Part shown: one piece after another, positions 36,343 through 45,531 of the stretch
Layout: the number at the start of each line of letters is the position of its first letter
Numbering within the stretch: position 1 is the first letter of the stretch
Virus record (IMG/VR): IMGVR_UViG_3300036774_000066
Coordinates: 64,001-128,000 of that record
Source of the DNA: a virus
Strand: one strand, 5' to 3'
DNA length: 64,000 nucleotides
Notes under the pieces: model-generated
What the model was told of the DNA's origin: nothing
The model's database searches: none
Seen by the model: the letters and a program-made list of their open reading frames with translations, nothing else
Program-made: the position numbers and the translations under genes

Positions 36343-36561
36343 TTACAACCTGATTCCAAGGTAAGACATACGTACCCGCCACGATTTATGAAAAGCCTGT
36401 AGAAAAGTCTTTGCAAGGAAGGATGACCCGGTAAGCATGTCTATCAATACGTGGGAATCGGGAATATGCTTTAGACCTTCCTGCTTTCCCCTGTACTCAG
36501 ATAGAAGCAAAACGGAAATCACATCCCAACGATGAAGTTTTCTTTTCTTTCGTCTTCTCAT
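36343..36561 (-). CDS. Hypothetical protein
   Basis: GAGG RBS. Confidence 0.5.
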   Translation of the reverse strand: MRRRKKRKLHRWDVISVLLLSEYRGKQEGLKHIPDSHVLIDMLTGSSFLAKTFLQAFHKSWRVRMSYLGIRL

Positions 36562-36569
36562 TCATTACC

Positions 36570-36779
36570 TCAATCAACTATGGCATTCGCAGCATTCTCC
36601 ATCCTCTGTCGCAAAGAACTCTCCCCTGACAACCGAGTCACTCTCTTGACTGCATCGGAATATTCCTCTCCATCTCCAGCAACACGGTCTTTCCAACAAT
36701 CAAGATTCTCCCCACGAACAATCTCCCTGAGTCGGGCATCACACCGCATATTACCACAAGTTGAACATGACTTTTTCAT
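36570..36779 (-). CDS. Hypothetical protein
   Basis: GAGG RBS; CSTCG. Confidence 0.55.
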   Translation of the reverse strand: MKKSCSTCGNMRCDARLREIVRGENLDCWKDRVAGDGEEYSDAVKRVTRLSGESSLRQRMENAANAIVD

Positions 36780-36788
36780 AGACTTACC

Positions 36789-37334
36789 TCACGACCGCAC
36801 GTTAAGGTCAAAGGTATACTGCAACTCAATTTCCTCTGCCTCTTTGTTAATCTTCTGCATCTCTGCAAGCGCAGCATTCCAGCGATCAACCAAGACGGAA
36901 GCCTTACTTGACTTATCCCCAAACAAGGGATTTTTGGGCTGGATTCCGTACTCCAAACGGTCAGCCGGAAGATCGTTCTGCAAGTACCCCTGATTGCTTT
37001 CAATGATCTTCTTGAGGTTGACAACAGGAGAGGAGTCATACCCAATGAGGAAGCTCAACGTGGGATTCTTGCCGGAGTCCGAAATCCTTACCTCGATGTT
37101 GTACATGCCATAGTTAAATGTATACCGGACAGGCATGGAAGAAAGACCCTCCTTGTCAAGCGAGTCCCGAACCTTTCCCTCAAGCCGTTTCGTGATCTTC
37201 TTGCCGTCTTCCGATTCCAGCCCGGCAATCACGGCACGGCACACCTTGGAACTCAGTCGGTTCCACTCAATACGTTCCTTAGACTCTTCAACAATCTTTT
37301 CCAACACCAGCGGCTTAACAAACCCGATTGACAT
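36789..37334 (-). CDS. Hypothetical protein
   Basis: GGAGG RBS before ATG 37334. Confidence 0.6.
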   Translation of the reverse strand: MSIGFVKPLVLEKIVEESKERIEWNRLSSKVCRAVIAGLESEDGKKITKRLEGKVRDSLDKEGLSSMPVRYTFNYGMYNIEVRISDSGKNPTLSFLIGYDSSPVVNLKKIIESNQGYLQNDLPADRLEYGIQPKNPLFGDKSSKASVLVDRWNAALAEMQKINKEAEEIELQYTFDLNVRS

Positions 37335-37335
37335 A

Positions 37336-37587
37336 TCAGCCTCCCACCCCAACGGGGTAATAGTATTTAAGATACACCTCTTGGAGAATTTCAAAAGGAA
37401 CTTCCCCGCACTTCGGACAGGCATACTTCGCTGCCTCTGCCCGGAAAGCATCACCCTGTTTAATTGCATTCGCTATCAAAGAACACGCTTGCGCCTCTTC
37501 CTTCTCTCCACACATTTCCCAAAGGGCCGCAGCTTCGGCCCACTGATTCATCCGCTCTTTCTCTCTTGCTTTCTGCCGAATCATCAT
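37336..37587 (-). CDS. Hypothetical protein
   Basis: GGAGG RBS; first gene after promoter. Confidence 0.6.
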   Translation of the reverse strand: MMIRQKAREKERMNQWAEAAALWEMCGEKEEAQACSLIANAIKQGDAFRAEAAKYACPKCGEVPFEILQEVYLKYYYPVGVGG

Positions 37588-37603
37588 ACTGACCTCCACT
37601 CTT

Positions 37604-37632
37604 AATATACAACAACTACAAGGAAAAGTCAA
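37604..37632 (-). promoter_or_regulatory. Sigma70-type early promoter
   Basis: TTGACT-17-TATATT; IHF-like AATCAATGACTTA at 37663-37675. Confidence 0.8.
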
Positions 37633-37680
37633 CAAAAATATTCAAAAACTTTTAATTCCTTGTAAGTCATTGATTTTCAA

Positions 37681-37752
37681 TCAGTCCTTTGCCCCTGAAA
37701 GTATCCTGAAAAAAGCCATCACCGCGAGGATTATCACAATCAGCGTCAGCAT
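37681..37752 (-). CDS. 23-aa hydrophobic peptide (MLTLIVIILAVMAFFRILSGAKD)
   Basis: AAAGGGG RBS; sits alone between a terminator and a promoter. Confidence 0.45.
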   Translation of the reverse strand: MLTLIVIILAVMAFFRILSGAKD

Positions 37753-37816
37753 ACAAGCCCCTTTCTTTTAGTTGTTTCTCTGTCTCCAATATATAATATC
37801 GCAAATCTCATGCCCC

Positions 37817-37856
37817 AAAAAGAAAACCCTCAAAACAAGCTAATTTTGAGGGTTTC
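37817..37856 (-). terminator. Intrinsic terminator
   Basis: AAACCCTCAAAA-loop-TTTTGAGGGTTT plus TCTTTTT. Confidence 0.8.
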
Positions 37857-37915
37857 CTTAAAACCTGTAGACTTATCTCACATAACCCCCACAGAAGGAG
37901 AAAAGAACTCTCTCG

Positions 37916-38692
37916 TCACTCGCTCAATGTTTTGTGGATCGTCCAAAAGTCATCTGACAAATTCCGATCTGCGAGATAGTCATACGGAATTGTAAAATGC
38001 CCTGTCATTCCCCACGTCGCACCCCACGAGTTACGGACCAAAAACCGCTTCTGAGTATCATCATAGCCTACACACAGCACGGCATGACCTCCAAGAACCT
38101 GCTCACCAGACTTAGGCATATCCACAATACCCGTCTGTGCAACATACGAACCCTCAAAACTCTCATACACGGTAAACCCAAAAACAAAAGGATACCCCAA
38201 GGATAACTGAGTTCGCATGTCGTCAACTGTATTAAGACGGGTATAACTTAACGAATCAGCAATCTTATGTGGGGAAGCTGCTGCATAGCAAGACAATGAA
38301 GGCTTCTTTGTAAACCTTGAAATAATATACGGCCACATACTCTCAGGGCACACCCCCAAAGAAAACAAAGTCTTCACCCCGTCTCGTATCGCAGCACCGG
38401 AGTCATACCTGACAGTACCTTCAAGTTTCCTTTCGTTATAGTAGATAAAAAGACGACTGAACATTATTGGAGTCTTCTTATCCTTCAAGTCAAGAAACTC
38501 GATTGCAGCAGAAAGGGCATTGGCAGTACATGATCCCAACTGTCCCTGATCGTAAACAGGAGGACAAAAAGTTCTCAAATCTACCACAGGGGGAAGGGAA
38601 GGAATACTCTTTTTGTAAACATGGTCGCGTCTGTCAGGTAAATCCGGCTTCCATCCGTATCTACTCATCTCAGGCTTTGAAAAAATCCACAT
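37916..38692 (-). CDS. C1 family (papain-like) cysteine peptidase
   Basis: DQGQLGSCTANA, SRLFIYY, GGHAV, RNSWG..WG. Confidence 0.93.
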   Translation of the reverse strand: MWIFSKPEMSRYGWKPDLPDRRDHVYKKSIPSLPPVVDLRTFCPPVYDQGQLGSCTANALSAAIEFLDLKDKKTPIMFSRLFIYYNERKLEGTVRYDSGAAIRDGVKTLFSLGVCPESMWPYIISRFTKKPSLSCYAAASPHKIADSLSYTRLNTVDDMRTQLSLGYPFVFGFTVYESFEGSYVAQTGIVDMPKSGEQVLGGHAVLCVGYDDTQKRFLVRNSWGATWGMTGHFTIPYDYLADRNLSDDFWTIHKTLSE

Positions 38693-38718
38693 AACTCCTC
38701 CTCTGTTAAAGTATAGAG

Positions 38719-39216
38719 TCAAGCTGGCTGAACTGAGTCCAACGAATCCACCCGAAATTCAGCATCGTCATAATGGATCAAAAAATATCGGTTACACCCG
38801 GCATTGACCTCCCTAACCGCGAGATTCTGAAACATCACAATATCCCCCACATTTACGTCAGGACGGCTGTAATTCCGACCCTTGGGAACATCAATCACCT
38901 GTTGACCAAAGCTGTTCCTACGCCCTCCCCCGGATGACCAATACACCGATTTCTCTCCAAGCCGCACAACCTTACCTATCCTCCACACACGCCAACACGT
39001 CGCCGGAATAATCAATCCAACTTTAGACTTTACTTCCTGCACAAGTGGCTCGACCATGATATAAGGCCCGATGATCGTCAACATATCGGCAACAATCAAC
39101 TCTCGACCACAACCCATACATCTACGACTCTCCCGTGCCTCTAAGACTTTTCCCTCGTCAACATCTTTCCATTCCCGTGTCTTGAGACAAAATTGGCAAG
39201 CATACGGCTCACTCAT
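38719..39216 (-). CDS. GroES/Cpn10-like co-chaperonin with N-terminal Zn finger
   Basis: IMVEP....SKVGLIIP, GKVVRLG, DVNVGDIVMF, YFLI..DD; two CxxC at N-terminus. Confidence 0.72.
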   Translation of the reverse strand: MSEPYACQFCLKTREWKDVDEGKVLEARESRRCMGCGRELIVADMLTIIGPYIMVEPLVQEVKSKVGLIIPATCWRVWRIGKVVRLGEKSVYWSSGGGRRNSFGQQVIDVPKGRNYSRPDVNVGDIVMFQNLAVREVNAGCNRYFLIHYDDAEFRVDSLDSVQPA

Positions 39217-39419
39217 TCCCGTAACTCCTTTACAACAGGGGATGCTTCACAAACTACAAACTGATTAGACTGTCCTGCCATTACCTCATGTCTAAAAATA
39301 TCATTGTAAACAGGCTCTCCGTCCCGAAACTCCAAAACAAACGTCGGACGTGTAATAGCCGCTACACACTTCACAGGACGACCTTCAAGGATATATCTCT
39401 TTCCTACTTGTAAAGTCAT
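39213..39419 (-). CDS. Hypothetical protein
   Basis: ATGA-coupled ORF. Confidence 0.55.
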   Translation of the reverse strand: MTLQVGKRYILEGRPVKCVAAITRPTFVLEFRDGEPVYNDIFRHEVMAGQSNQFVVCEASPVVKELRE

Positions 39420-39685
39420 AGCTCAGTTTCTTCTTTCTCATCAAATTCAAGTGCAAAGGAAATAAAACTCTCCTCTTGCTTATCATCTCTCAACACAACA
39501 GAAAATCCTAAAAATGTGTGCTCTACCCTCACCCTCACTTCAAACCCAAACTCTTCCCTGACCAAAACCTCTGTATAAGCAATCAACTCACGTAAAGATA
39601 TTTCCGAAGGAGAAATAAAGTATCTCTTCACCGGAACGCGAAGTCTATCCACCAAATCCTGAAGTAAAGCAGTGTCAAGCATCAA
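39416..39685 (-). CDS. Hypothetical protein
   Basis: Coupled ORF. Confidence 0.55.
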   Translation of the reverse strand: MMLDTALLQDLVDRLRVPVKRYFISPSEISLRELIAYTEVLVREEFGFEVRVRVEHTFLGFSVVLRDDKQEESFISFALEFDEKEETEL

Positions 39686-39942
39686 AGATACCCATTTCCA
39701 TTACAACGATCACAAGAAACCTCAACCCCTATACCAAGTTCTCTCTTTCCTCGACCCCAACAAGTCATACAAGCATCCCGTAAATCTTTCAACATAACAG
39801 AAACAGTAGGATTATCTAAGTTTCTCCCGAAGCGAACAAAAACCATGTCCTCCTTTTGATTACACAACTCCGCATTATCAACAACGCAACTTCCTAAAGT
39901 TACGTGATGTACTGTAGTACCAATTGCAGGCTTTTCTATCAT
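39682..39942 (-). CDS. Protein with DnaJ-type CxxCxGxG Zn finger
   Basis: CMTCWGRG...CDRCNGNG. Confidence 0.6.
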   Translation of the reverse strand: MIEKPAIGTTVHHVTLGSCVVDNAELCNQKEDMVFVRFGRNLDNPTVSVMLKDLRDACMTCWGRGKRELGIGVEVSCDRCNGNGYL

Positions 39943-40391
39943 ACTTTACTGCTCCCGTCGTTCACAGGCTCCTCATCGGGATAAGGATTATTGACAAAAT
40001 TCAATGCAACATCAGCCTGCAACATCTTCAAAATAGTACACTCCGCACAAACCTTAGTAAGAATATCTGCATGTTCTTTACTTTTAGTGGTACATATTAT
40101 ATCTACAACCCAATCAACATCATCCTCACCTTCTTTTTGCATGTTTTCTACAATGTCAATGGCAATATCTCCAAAACCCTTAACATTATCAGAAAAACAA
40201 GCACGATTATCCCTCCTAAGAAGATGCGCAGTTATTCCTCTCCCTATGCACACCCCAACCGCCGTCTCCACAAAGTCAAGAGCAGAGGGATTCTTCTTGC
40301 CAGAACTTCCGACAAAGGTTACTCGACCACCTACCCCTTCCCAAGTCACCTCTACCGCTTCACAAGTACGTATGTCCAGTTTAACCGCCAT
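39939..40391 (-). CDS. OsmC/Ohr-like protein
   Basis: NPS.LD...AVGVCIG and second Cys in AECTILKML. Confidence 0.6.
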   Translation of the reverse strand: MAVKLDIRTCEAVEVTWEGVGGRVTFVGSSGKKNPSALDFVETAVGVCIGRGITAHLLRRDNRACFSDNVKGFGDIAIDIVENMQKEGEDDVDWVVDIICTTKSKEHADILTKVCAECTILKMLQADVALNFVNNPYPDEEPVNDGSSKV

Positions 40392-40708
40392 CACTCTCCT
40401 CCCGAACAATGAAAAAATCCACTGTACTTACACTGGTAAACTTGGTTATGCCCATACGTATAGGCATAAAAACATGCAGACTCTTCTGAAAAGTGGTTCA
40501 ACTTTCCACAGACACAATACCTTGACAAGGTATGCCTAACCTTCTCAAAGCAAGAAGGACACAACCACTCTTTAGCCTCTTTACTAAATGCAAGTCCTTT
40601 CGCAAACCACTTCTTCTTTAAGCCATCCTCTATCTCACGCCCTACCCTAACTATTAGTTTCTCACTAAAACACACAGAGCAAGGATATTCATACAATTCC
40701 CTGCTCAA
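40391..40708 (-). CDS. Cys-rich hypothetical protein
   Basis: Multiple CxxC. Confidence 0.55.
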   Translation of the reverse strand: MSRELYEYPCSVCFSEKLIVRVGREIEDGLKKKWFAKGLAFSKEAKEWLCPSCFEKVRHTLSRYCVCGKLNHFSEESACFYAYTYGHNQVYQCKYSGFFHCSGGE

Positions 40709-40926
40709 TTGGGCAACTTCCTTATCTCAGGTTCAACTCCAAAAGTAGTACGGACATACTCAGCCCCATACCCAGGGGTAGTCTCAAACTGCATATTCAT
40801 TCCACCCTGCTCACGCATCCCCATAGCATAAACCATAGGATTAGAATACTGAGTGAAAAATACCACAGTATCATTATACCCCTCTCGGGTAAAAACAAAA
40901 ACTTTGTCAACCTGTACCTGAAACAT
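40705..40926 (-). CDS. Hypothetical protein
   Basis: ATG 40926 coupled to upstream stop. Confidence 0.55.
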   Translation of the reverse strand: MFQVQVDKVFVFTREGYNDTVVFFTQYSNPMVYAMGMREQGGMNMQFETTPGYGAEYVRTTFGVEPEIRKLPN

Positions 40927-41078
40927 CACTTCTCTCCCAACAATCTCAAAATTCTCTTTTGTCGTTTCTTCTTTGCACAAGTAACGCAAAAAGAGGGGTT
41001 CTTGAGTTTACACGCAACACATGGGTCTTTTGTGATCCTATCCATATCCTCATCAGAAATTTCATCTTCTTGCTTCAT
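40926..41078 (-). CDS. Small Zn-binding protein (50 aa, MKQEDEIS...PCVAC...FCVTC)
   Basis: Below cutoff; fills gap, coupled at both ends. Confidence 0.55.
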   Translation of the reverse strand: MKQEDEISDEDMDRITKDPCVACKLKNPSFCVTCAKKKRQKRILRLLGEK

Positions 41079-41348
41079 CTATACGCATGTCCTAAACATC
41101 AACCGAGAAGAAAATTTCTTTCCCCTTGACTCATCAAAATATGAAAAGCGCACCACACAAGACTCGCAAGCAATATCCCCCGAAGTCAAGGTAACTGAAA
41201 TAACATCTTCTTTAATAGAAATTGTCCTATTTACAGAGACAGAATCTCCTCCGTCCTTGGACAATAACAGGTTGACATACTTCTTGTAAACATCTTCTTT
41301 CCAAGGCACCTTAAAAGACAAAACCGGAGGACTTGTTACTATCATCAT
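41079..41348 (-). CDS. Hypothetical protein
   Basis: ORF. Confidence 0.5.
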   Translation of the reverse strand: MMIVTSPPVLSFKVPWKEDVYKKYVNLLLSKDGGDSVSVNRTISIKEDVISVTLTSGDIACESCVVRFSYFDESRGKKFSSRLMFRTCV

Positions 41349-41351
41349 AGA

Positions 41352-43532
41352 CTATCCTTTCGGAACCCACATATTATTTTTATAGACAAAAGGAAACAGC
41401 GTTCCCCATGTCCTACCTATCGAAATCTCTGCCAACATCGGAACTTTCCACTCAGTAATTTTGATTTCCATGATATTCTGCAACATCAAGACCATTTCTG
41501 TAAACTTCGCCGGATTTCTTGCGTCTATCGAGAAGTTTATCTCATCGTGAATGGATGACTTGAGATAAATCCCATCATCTCTACCAATCCAATTTCGACA
41601 CTTGTTGTATATGTTAATCAAAGAAATTCGCATCATGTCTGCTGCGCAACCCTGAACAGGGTGATTCGTACAAGTCCTATCTGCATATCCAGACATTCTT
41701 CTGCTGCCAAGCGAATACCAATGTCTAAGTCTGCGCTTACGCCCAAAATAAGTGGAAATATACCCGTTACGTCTCCCAAAATTCATCACACCGTCACACC
41801 AACTCCGAATACCAATAAGACCTTCCCACCACCTGTCAAGTAAAACCTGTGCCTCTATTTCAGATATTCCAAGCTGACGTGAAAATGTCTTAGACCCACC
41901 TTGGTATAATGCTCCAAAGTTTAACGCTTTTGCAGCCTTCCTTTTTTCCTTGTCATATAAGGATTCGTCATTGTTACATATACACATCAAAGCAGTAGAC
42001 TTATGCACATCTTTATTGTTTGTAAAAGCATCTATCCAAACAGGCTCGTTCGCTAAATTTGCTGGAATCCGTAACTCCTGTGCTGCATAATCAATTGACA
42101 CCCACAGATGATATGGGTAATTTGGCTTGTATGCAGCACGTATGTTCTCGTCAAGTGAAAAACCCTCAATCCCGTCCTTACCATCAACCTTCTCAAAACG
42201 GTAATTCAGGAAGGAAAATATATCTGGTGAGTCTACAGAAACAGGTTCTTCTATTGCCTTGTAATATGCAGGGTGCGGCTTTGGAATCGCTTGACCGTTA
42301 ATCTTGCAAAAATACTTATTCTTTGCATCAGAACCAGAGGCGAAACGCCCCGTGGGTACAGCGTTATGTTTGTAGGCAAATCTGACGCCTCCTCCCAAAT
42401 CCTCTCTCCATTCATTCAAAAACGGCTTACAATATGTCGTCTCAAACTTCTTCAGCTTCTTATACCTGACCAACAAAGGTATAACCGGATGCTGACCTAT
42501 TAACTCCTCCAATGCCTCTTCATCCGTAGAGATACTCTTTCCTGATTTTGTCATCTTCTTAGGCTGTATTCCAAGCCTCTGTAAAGCAATCAGTAATTGC
42601 TTCGTTGATCCTAACCCAAAACTATACCCAAAATGAGCGAAAATCTCCATTGACAAATTAGCCAACTTATCTGTAACTTCTGAATCCAGCTTCTTAACCA
42701 AATCTCTGTCAATTTTAACAGGGTCATCTTCCATTACCATTAAAGGCACCAGAACTTGATTGTCAATATCGCATACAAATTTCATCTCTTCATATACATG
42801 ATACAAGACAAAAATCAAATTGTACGGGGCAAGCACGTCATCACACGCATACGCAAAGCAGTCATTCGGGTCATTGTATGCAAAGTTCGTTACCTCCTCC
42901 CGTTCACTCCCTACGCTATCCCCCGCCTCTCCATCCCCTTCGGAACCTCCCTCCCCATCCTGACTACCCTTCTCCCCTTCCGGTCCTTCCATGACCTCCT
43001 CGAAGGTCTTCATCTTCCACCCAAGAAAGTGCAAAGCTGACCATTTCAAGTTAGGCATTCGGACATTCGTATCTGCGTTGAATGTAACCACGGATAAGTC
43101 AAAGTAAGGCATCTGGTCAATATCCATAAACTTTCCGAGTCCGGCCTTCTTTAATACTCTATAATCAAACCGATAATTGTAGAATAATGCACGCTTCGCA
43201 TATTTACAAAAAGCAGCAACTACCCGTAAAGCCAAATCAAGAGGTACATTCTTTCCAACATGGTGTCCTACAGGCATGTAAAAGGCTTGTGTTTTACTTA
43301 TAGCAATAGAAATTCCAACAAGATTTTCCTTCTCTGTGTTCAACCCTGTCGTCTCTGTGTCAATCGAAATTAGTTCTGGCTGAAAAGCATGTGCAGCAGC
43401 AATCAGATTATTCAACTGATCTTCTGTTGTAATCAAACGCCTATCTTGACCTGAAGGATAATTCGGGTCCGGCTGTGCAGCACTGTACCAATGCTTATAT
43501 CCCTTTTGACGGGCATCTTTCCCAATTGGCAT
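41352..43532 (-). CDS. polA: Family A DNA polymerase (3'-5' exo plus polymerase)
   Basis: DTETTGL, YACDD, TGRFAS, DYAAQELR, RKAAKALNFGALY, NHPVQG.AAD, IHDEI. Confidence 0.95.
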   Translation of the reverse strand: MPIGKDARQKGYKHWYSAAQPDPNYPSGQDRRLITTEDQLNNLIAAAHAFQPELISIDTETTGLNTEKENLVGISIAISKTQAFYMPVGHHVGKNVPLDLALRVVAAFCKYAKRALFYNYRFDYRVLKKAGLGKFMDIDQMPYFDLSVVTFNADTNVRMPNLKWSALHFLGWKMKTFEEVMEGPEGEKGSQDGEGGSEGDGEAGDSVGSEREEVTNFAYNDPNDCFAYACDDVLAPYNLIFVLYHVYEEMKFVCDIDNQVLVPLMVMEDDPVKIDRDLVKKLDSEVTDKLANLSMEIFAHFGYSFGLGSTKQLLIALQRLGIQPKKMTKSGKSISTDEEALEELIGQHPVIPLLVRYKKLKKFETTYCKPFLNEWREDLGGGVRFAYKHNAVPTGRFASGSDAKNKYFCKINGQAIPKPHPAYYKAIEEPVSVDSPDIFSFLNYRFEKVDGKDGIEGFSLDENIRAAYKPNYPYHLWVSIDYAAQELRIPANLANEPVWIDAFTNNKDVHKSTALMCICNNDESLYDKEKRKAAKALNFGALYQGGSKTFSRQLGISEIEAQVLLDRWWEGLIGIRSWCDGVMNFGRRNGYISTYFGRKRRLRHWYSLGSRRMSGYADRTCTNHPVQGCAADMMRISLINIYNKCRNWIGRDDGIYLKSSIHDEINFSIDARNPAKFTEMVLMLQNIMEIKITEWKVPMLAEISIGRTWGTLFPFVYKNNMWVPKG

Positions 43533-43996
43533 CAGACTTTCCTATTCAATAACGTATTCATAAAAGACAAACAAACCATATTCGCATAACTCAAAAAGTC
43601 TACTCTCTGTGCAATGAATTTCGATCTCTCAAAAAGCAAGTTGCCCCTCAAGTCAATCCTCTCAATGTCCGCGTACCCATGCAAAATCTCGTCTGGGACA
43701 TCCCCCCGAGAACGTAAAGTTCTTTCTATATCAACATCGGTATACCCAAGAAACACCAACACATCATAAGGCCGATACTGTTTAGCCTCTGAAAAGCAAT
43801 GCAGACAATCCTTAAATATCTTTCCTGACCTTCTTCCTCCTGCTTCATCGTCATGGAAGGGACAGAAACAAAGCTGCCCAACATAAGGGTCTTCCAATCC
43901 TACCTGTTCAAGTAAAGGCAGGATTTTGAAGTCCTTGTTCGCCCACCGTATCAATACTCCTCTTGACAAAGGCATAGGCTCATTTTTTCTCCCCAC
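43532..43996 (-). CDS. Primase Zn-binding-domain protein (CHC2-like), no TOPRIM
   Basis: CPFHDD...S.K.....HCFS. Confidence 0.7.
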   Translation of the reverse strand: MGRKNEPMPLSRGVLIRWANKDFKILPLLEQVGLEDPYVGQLCFCPFHDDEAGGRRSGKIFKDCLHCFSEAKQYRPYDVLVFLGYTDVDIERTLRSRGDVPDEILHGYADIERIDLRGNLLFERSKFIAQRVDFLSYANMVCLSFMNTLLNRKV

Positions 43997-44138
43997 TAAC
44001 CAAGGGGTTTCCCAAGGAAGAAAGAGACGAAATAGCTATATCAACCGAAACCACAAAGCCACTTAGCAGAAACATAATAGACAAAATAAGAAAAATTCCT
44101 GTAATACCGTGTCTCTGAACCACTGAAAAAATCGGCAT
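43980..44138 (-). CDS. Small membrane protein (52 aa)
   Basis: MPIFSVVQRHGITGIFLILSIMFLLSGFVV; GGAGG RBS. Confidence 0.45.
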   Translation of the reverse strand: MPIFSVVQRHGITGIFLILSIMFLLSGFVVSVDIAISSLSSLGNPLVSGEKK

Positions 44139-44139
44139 A

Positions 44140-45531
44140 CTACCCTCCAAATCCAGGTAAGGTATTCGTTACCAGTAATTGTGTAAAGTCAACAGGAGCA
44201 GAAACTCCTCCCGTTCCTTTTTCATCTCCGACAACACAATATTCAGGGTCAAAAAAGACAGTAACAGGACTTTCAAAGGTAGTCACATATCTATTCTTTG
44301 GTAAATTTATCAATATCTCCTTTCTTTGCTTCAGGGAATCCGAAGTATAAACAAACGACACGTATGTTGAATCTCTCTCCAATGCGTTTATCTCAGCCAA
44401 CGCAGTAAGAGGGTATGCTCCCTCTACCCCTCCCCTCGTTGGCTTTCTGACAATATCATACCACGTCCTATTTGTCTGAGATAACATCATCAGGGAAAAT
44501 GAAGTCCCGTGAAAGTCCATACAAAGATTGTTGAAAAAAGCAACGTACCTATTCGCTGGCTCTTCCATATCATGTGGAGCAAGAAACTTGAACTTCTGCG
44601 CGTAATCCACAACCATGTAATGAATCGGAAAATTCAGCCTTGACAAGCGAGACAAAATACCAGAAAATGACGTATTTGAAAAGTCAGAAATATCAAGTAT
44701 TTCCAACTTGCCATGCTCAGAGTTATTCAACAAGTCATCGCTTACTTCATCGAGTATATGGCTCTGCTCCTCTGGATTCATAGTTGCAAAAATTATCTTT
44801 TCCTTCGGAACCGGACGAAAGATACTCCTGAATTTTTCGTGTTTGGAATGCCTTGACAAAAAGTAAGACATCAACAAGTGCTTCGGCATCTCAAACGACA
44901 AATACACACCATTCAAACCACATCTAACAGAATTTCCATACGCCGCCGACAACCCCAACGTGGTCTTTCCTTGACCTGCAAACCCTCCCACTGAGTACAT
45001 AGTCCCGAATGCAATCCCTCTCAGATGCTCGTCCAACTCCTTTACAAACGTCAACATTCCTACAGGCGCAGACTTCCTCTTCAGATACGCTTCTTTGAAA
45101 CTAAGTTGCTTCTGCTCAGTTACAGAAGAAACTTTCTCCAATACCTTAGAAATCTGCGAAAGAAGCTGGTCCTTAGATAACTTACTTATGCCCTTTGAAA
45201 TCTCCAATAACGACCTTGACAACTCGCCTTTTTGAACAGCATCTTGATGTATCTCAATGTACCCAAGAAATTCCGCAATGTTAATATCATCTTTCAATGC
45301 TGGAACTGACCCTGTATACCCCATGTTCCCTATGATAAAATCAAGGGAAGGAATTTCCTTAGACTTTACAACAAGTCCAGAAATACGATTCAACAGCGGA
45401 TCATCCAATACAGGAAGTACCGCCTGAAGCAATGCACACTTCTTCTCAAACGGTTGACCACCGAGAAGGTAGCCAATCATGTAATCAACAGGAGTGTAGT
45501 TGATATATGTAGTATTACTTTGTTCCGACAT
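44140..45531 (-). CDS. DnaB-like replicative helicase
   Basis: GFAGQGKTT, LSFEM, VVDY, LSQ.NR, LERDS, KNR. Confidence 0.88.
   Translation of the reverse strand: MSEQSNTTYINYTPVDYMIGYLLGGQPFEKKCALLQAVLPVLDDPLLNRISGLVVKSKEIPSLDFIIGNMGYTGSVPALKDDINIAEFLGYIEIHQDAVQKGELSRSLLEISKGISKLSKDQLLSQISKVLEKVSSVTEQKQLSFKEAYLKRKSAPVGMLTFVKELDEHLRGIAFGTMYSVGGFAGQGKTTLGLSAAYGNSVRCGLNGVYLSFEMPKHLLMSYFLSRHSKHEKFRSIFRPVPKEKIIFATMNPEEQSHILDEVSDDLLNNSEHGKLEILDISDFSNTSFSGILSRLSRLNFPIHYMVVDYAQKFKFLAPHDMEEPANRYVAFFNNLCMDFHGTSFSLMMLSQTNRTWYDIVRKPTRGGVEGAYPLTALAEINALERDSTYVSFVYTSDSLKQRKEILINLPKNRYVTTFESPVTVFFDPEYCVVGDEKGTGGVSAPVDFTQLLVTNTLPGFGG

Noticed and set aside
44102-44131. Extra copy of the phage promoter (GGTATTA)
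   Set aside because: Mismatch, wrong spacing to the T-run, and inside a small ORF
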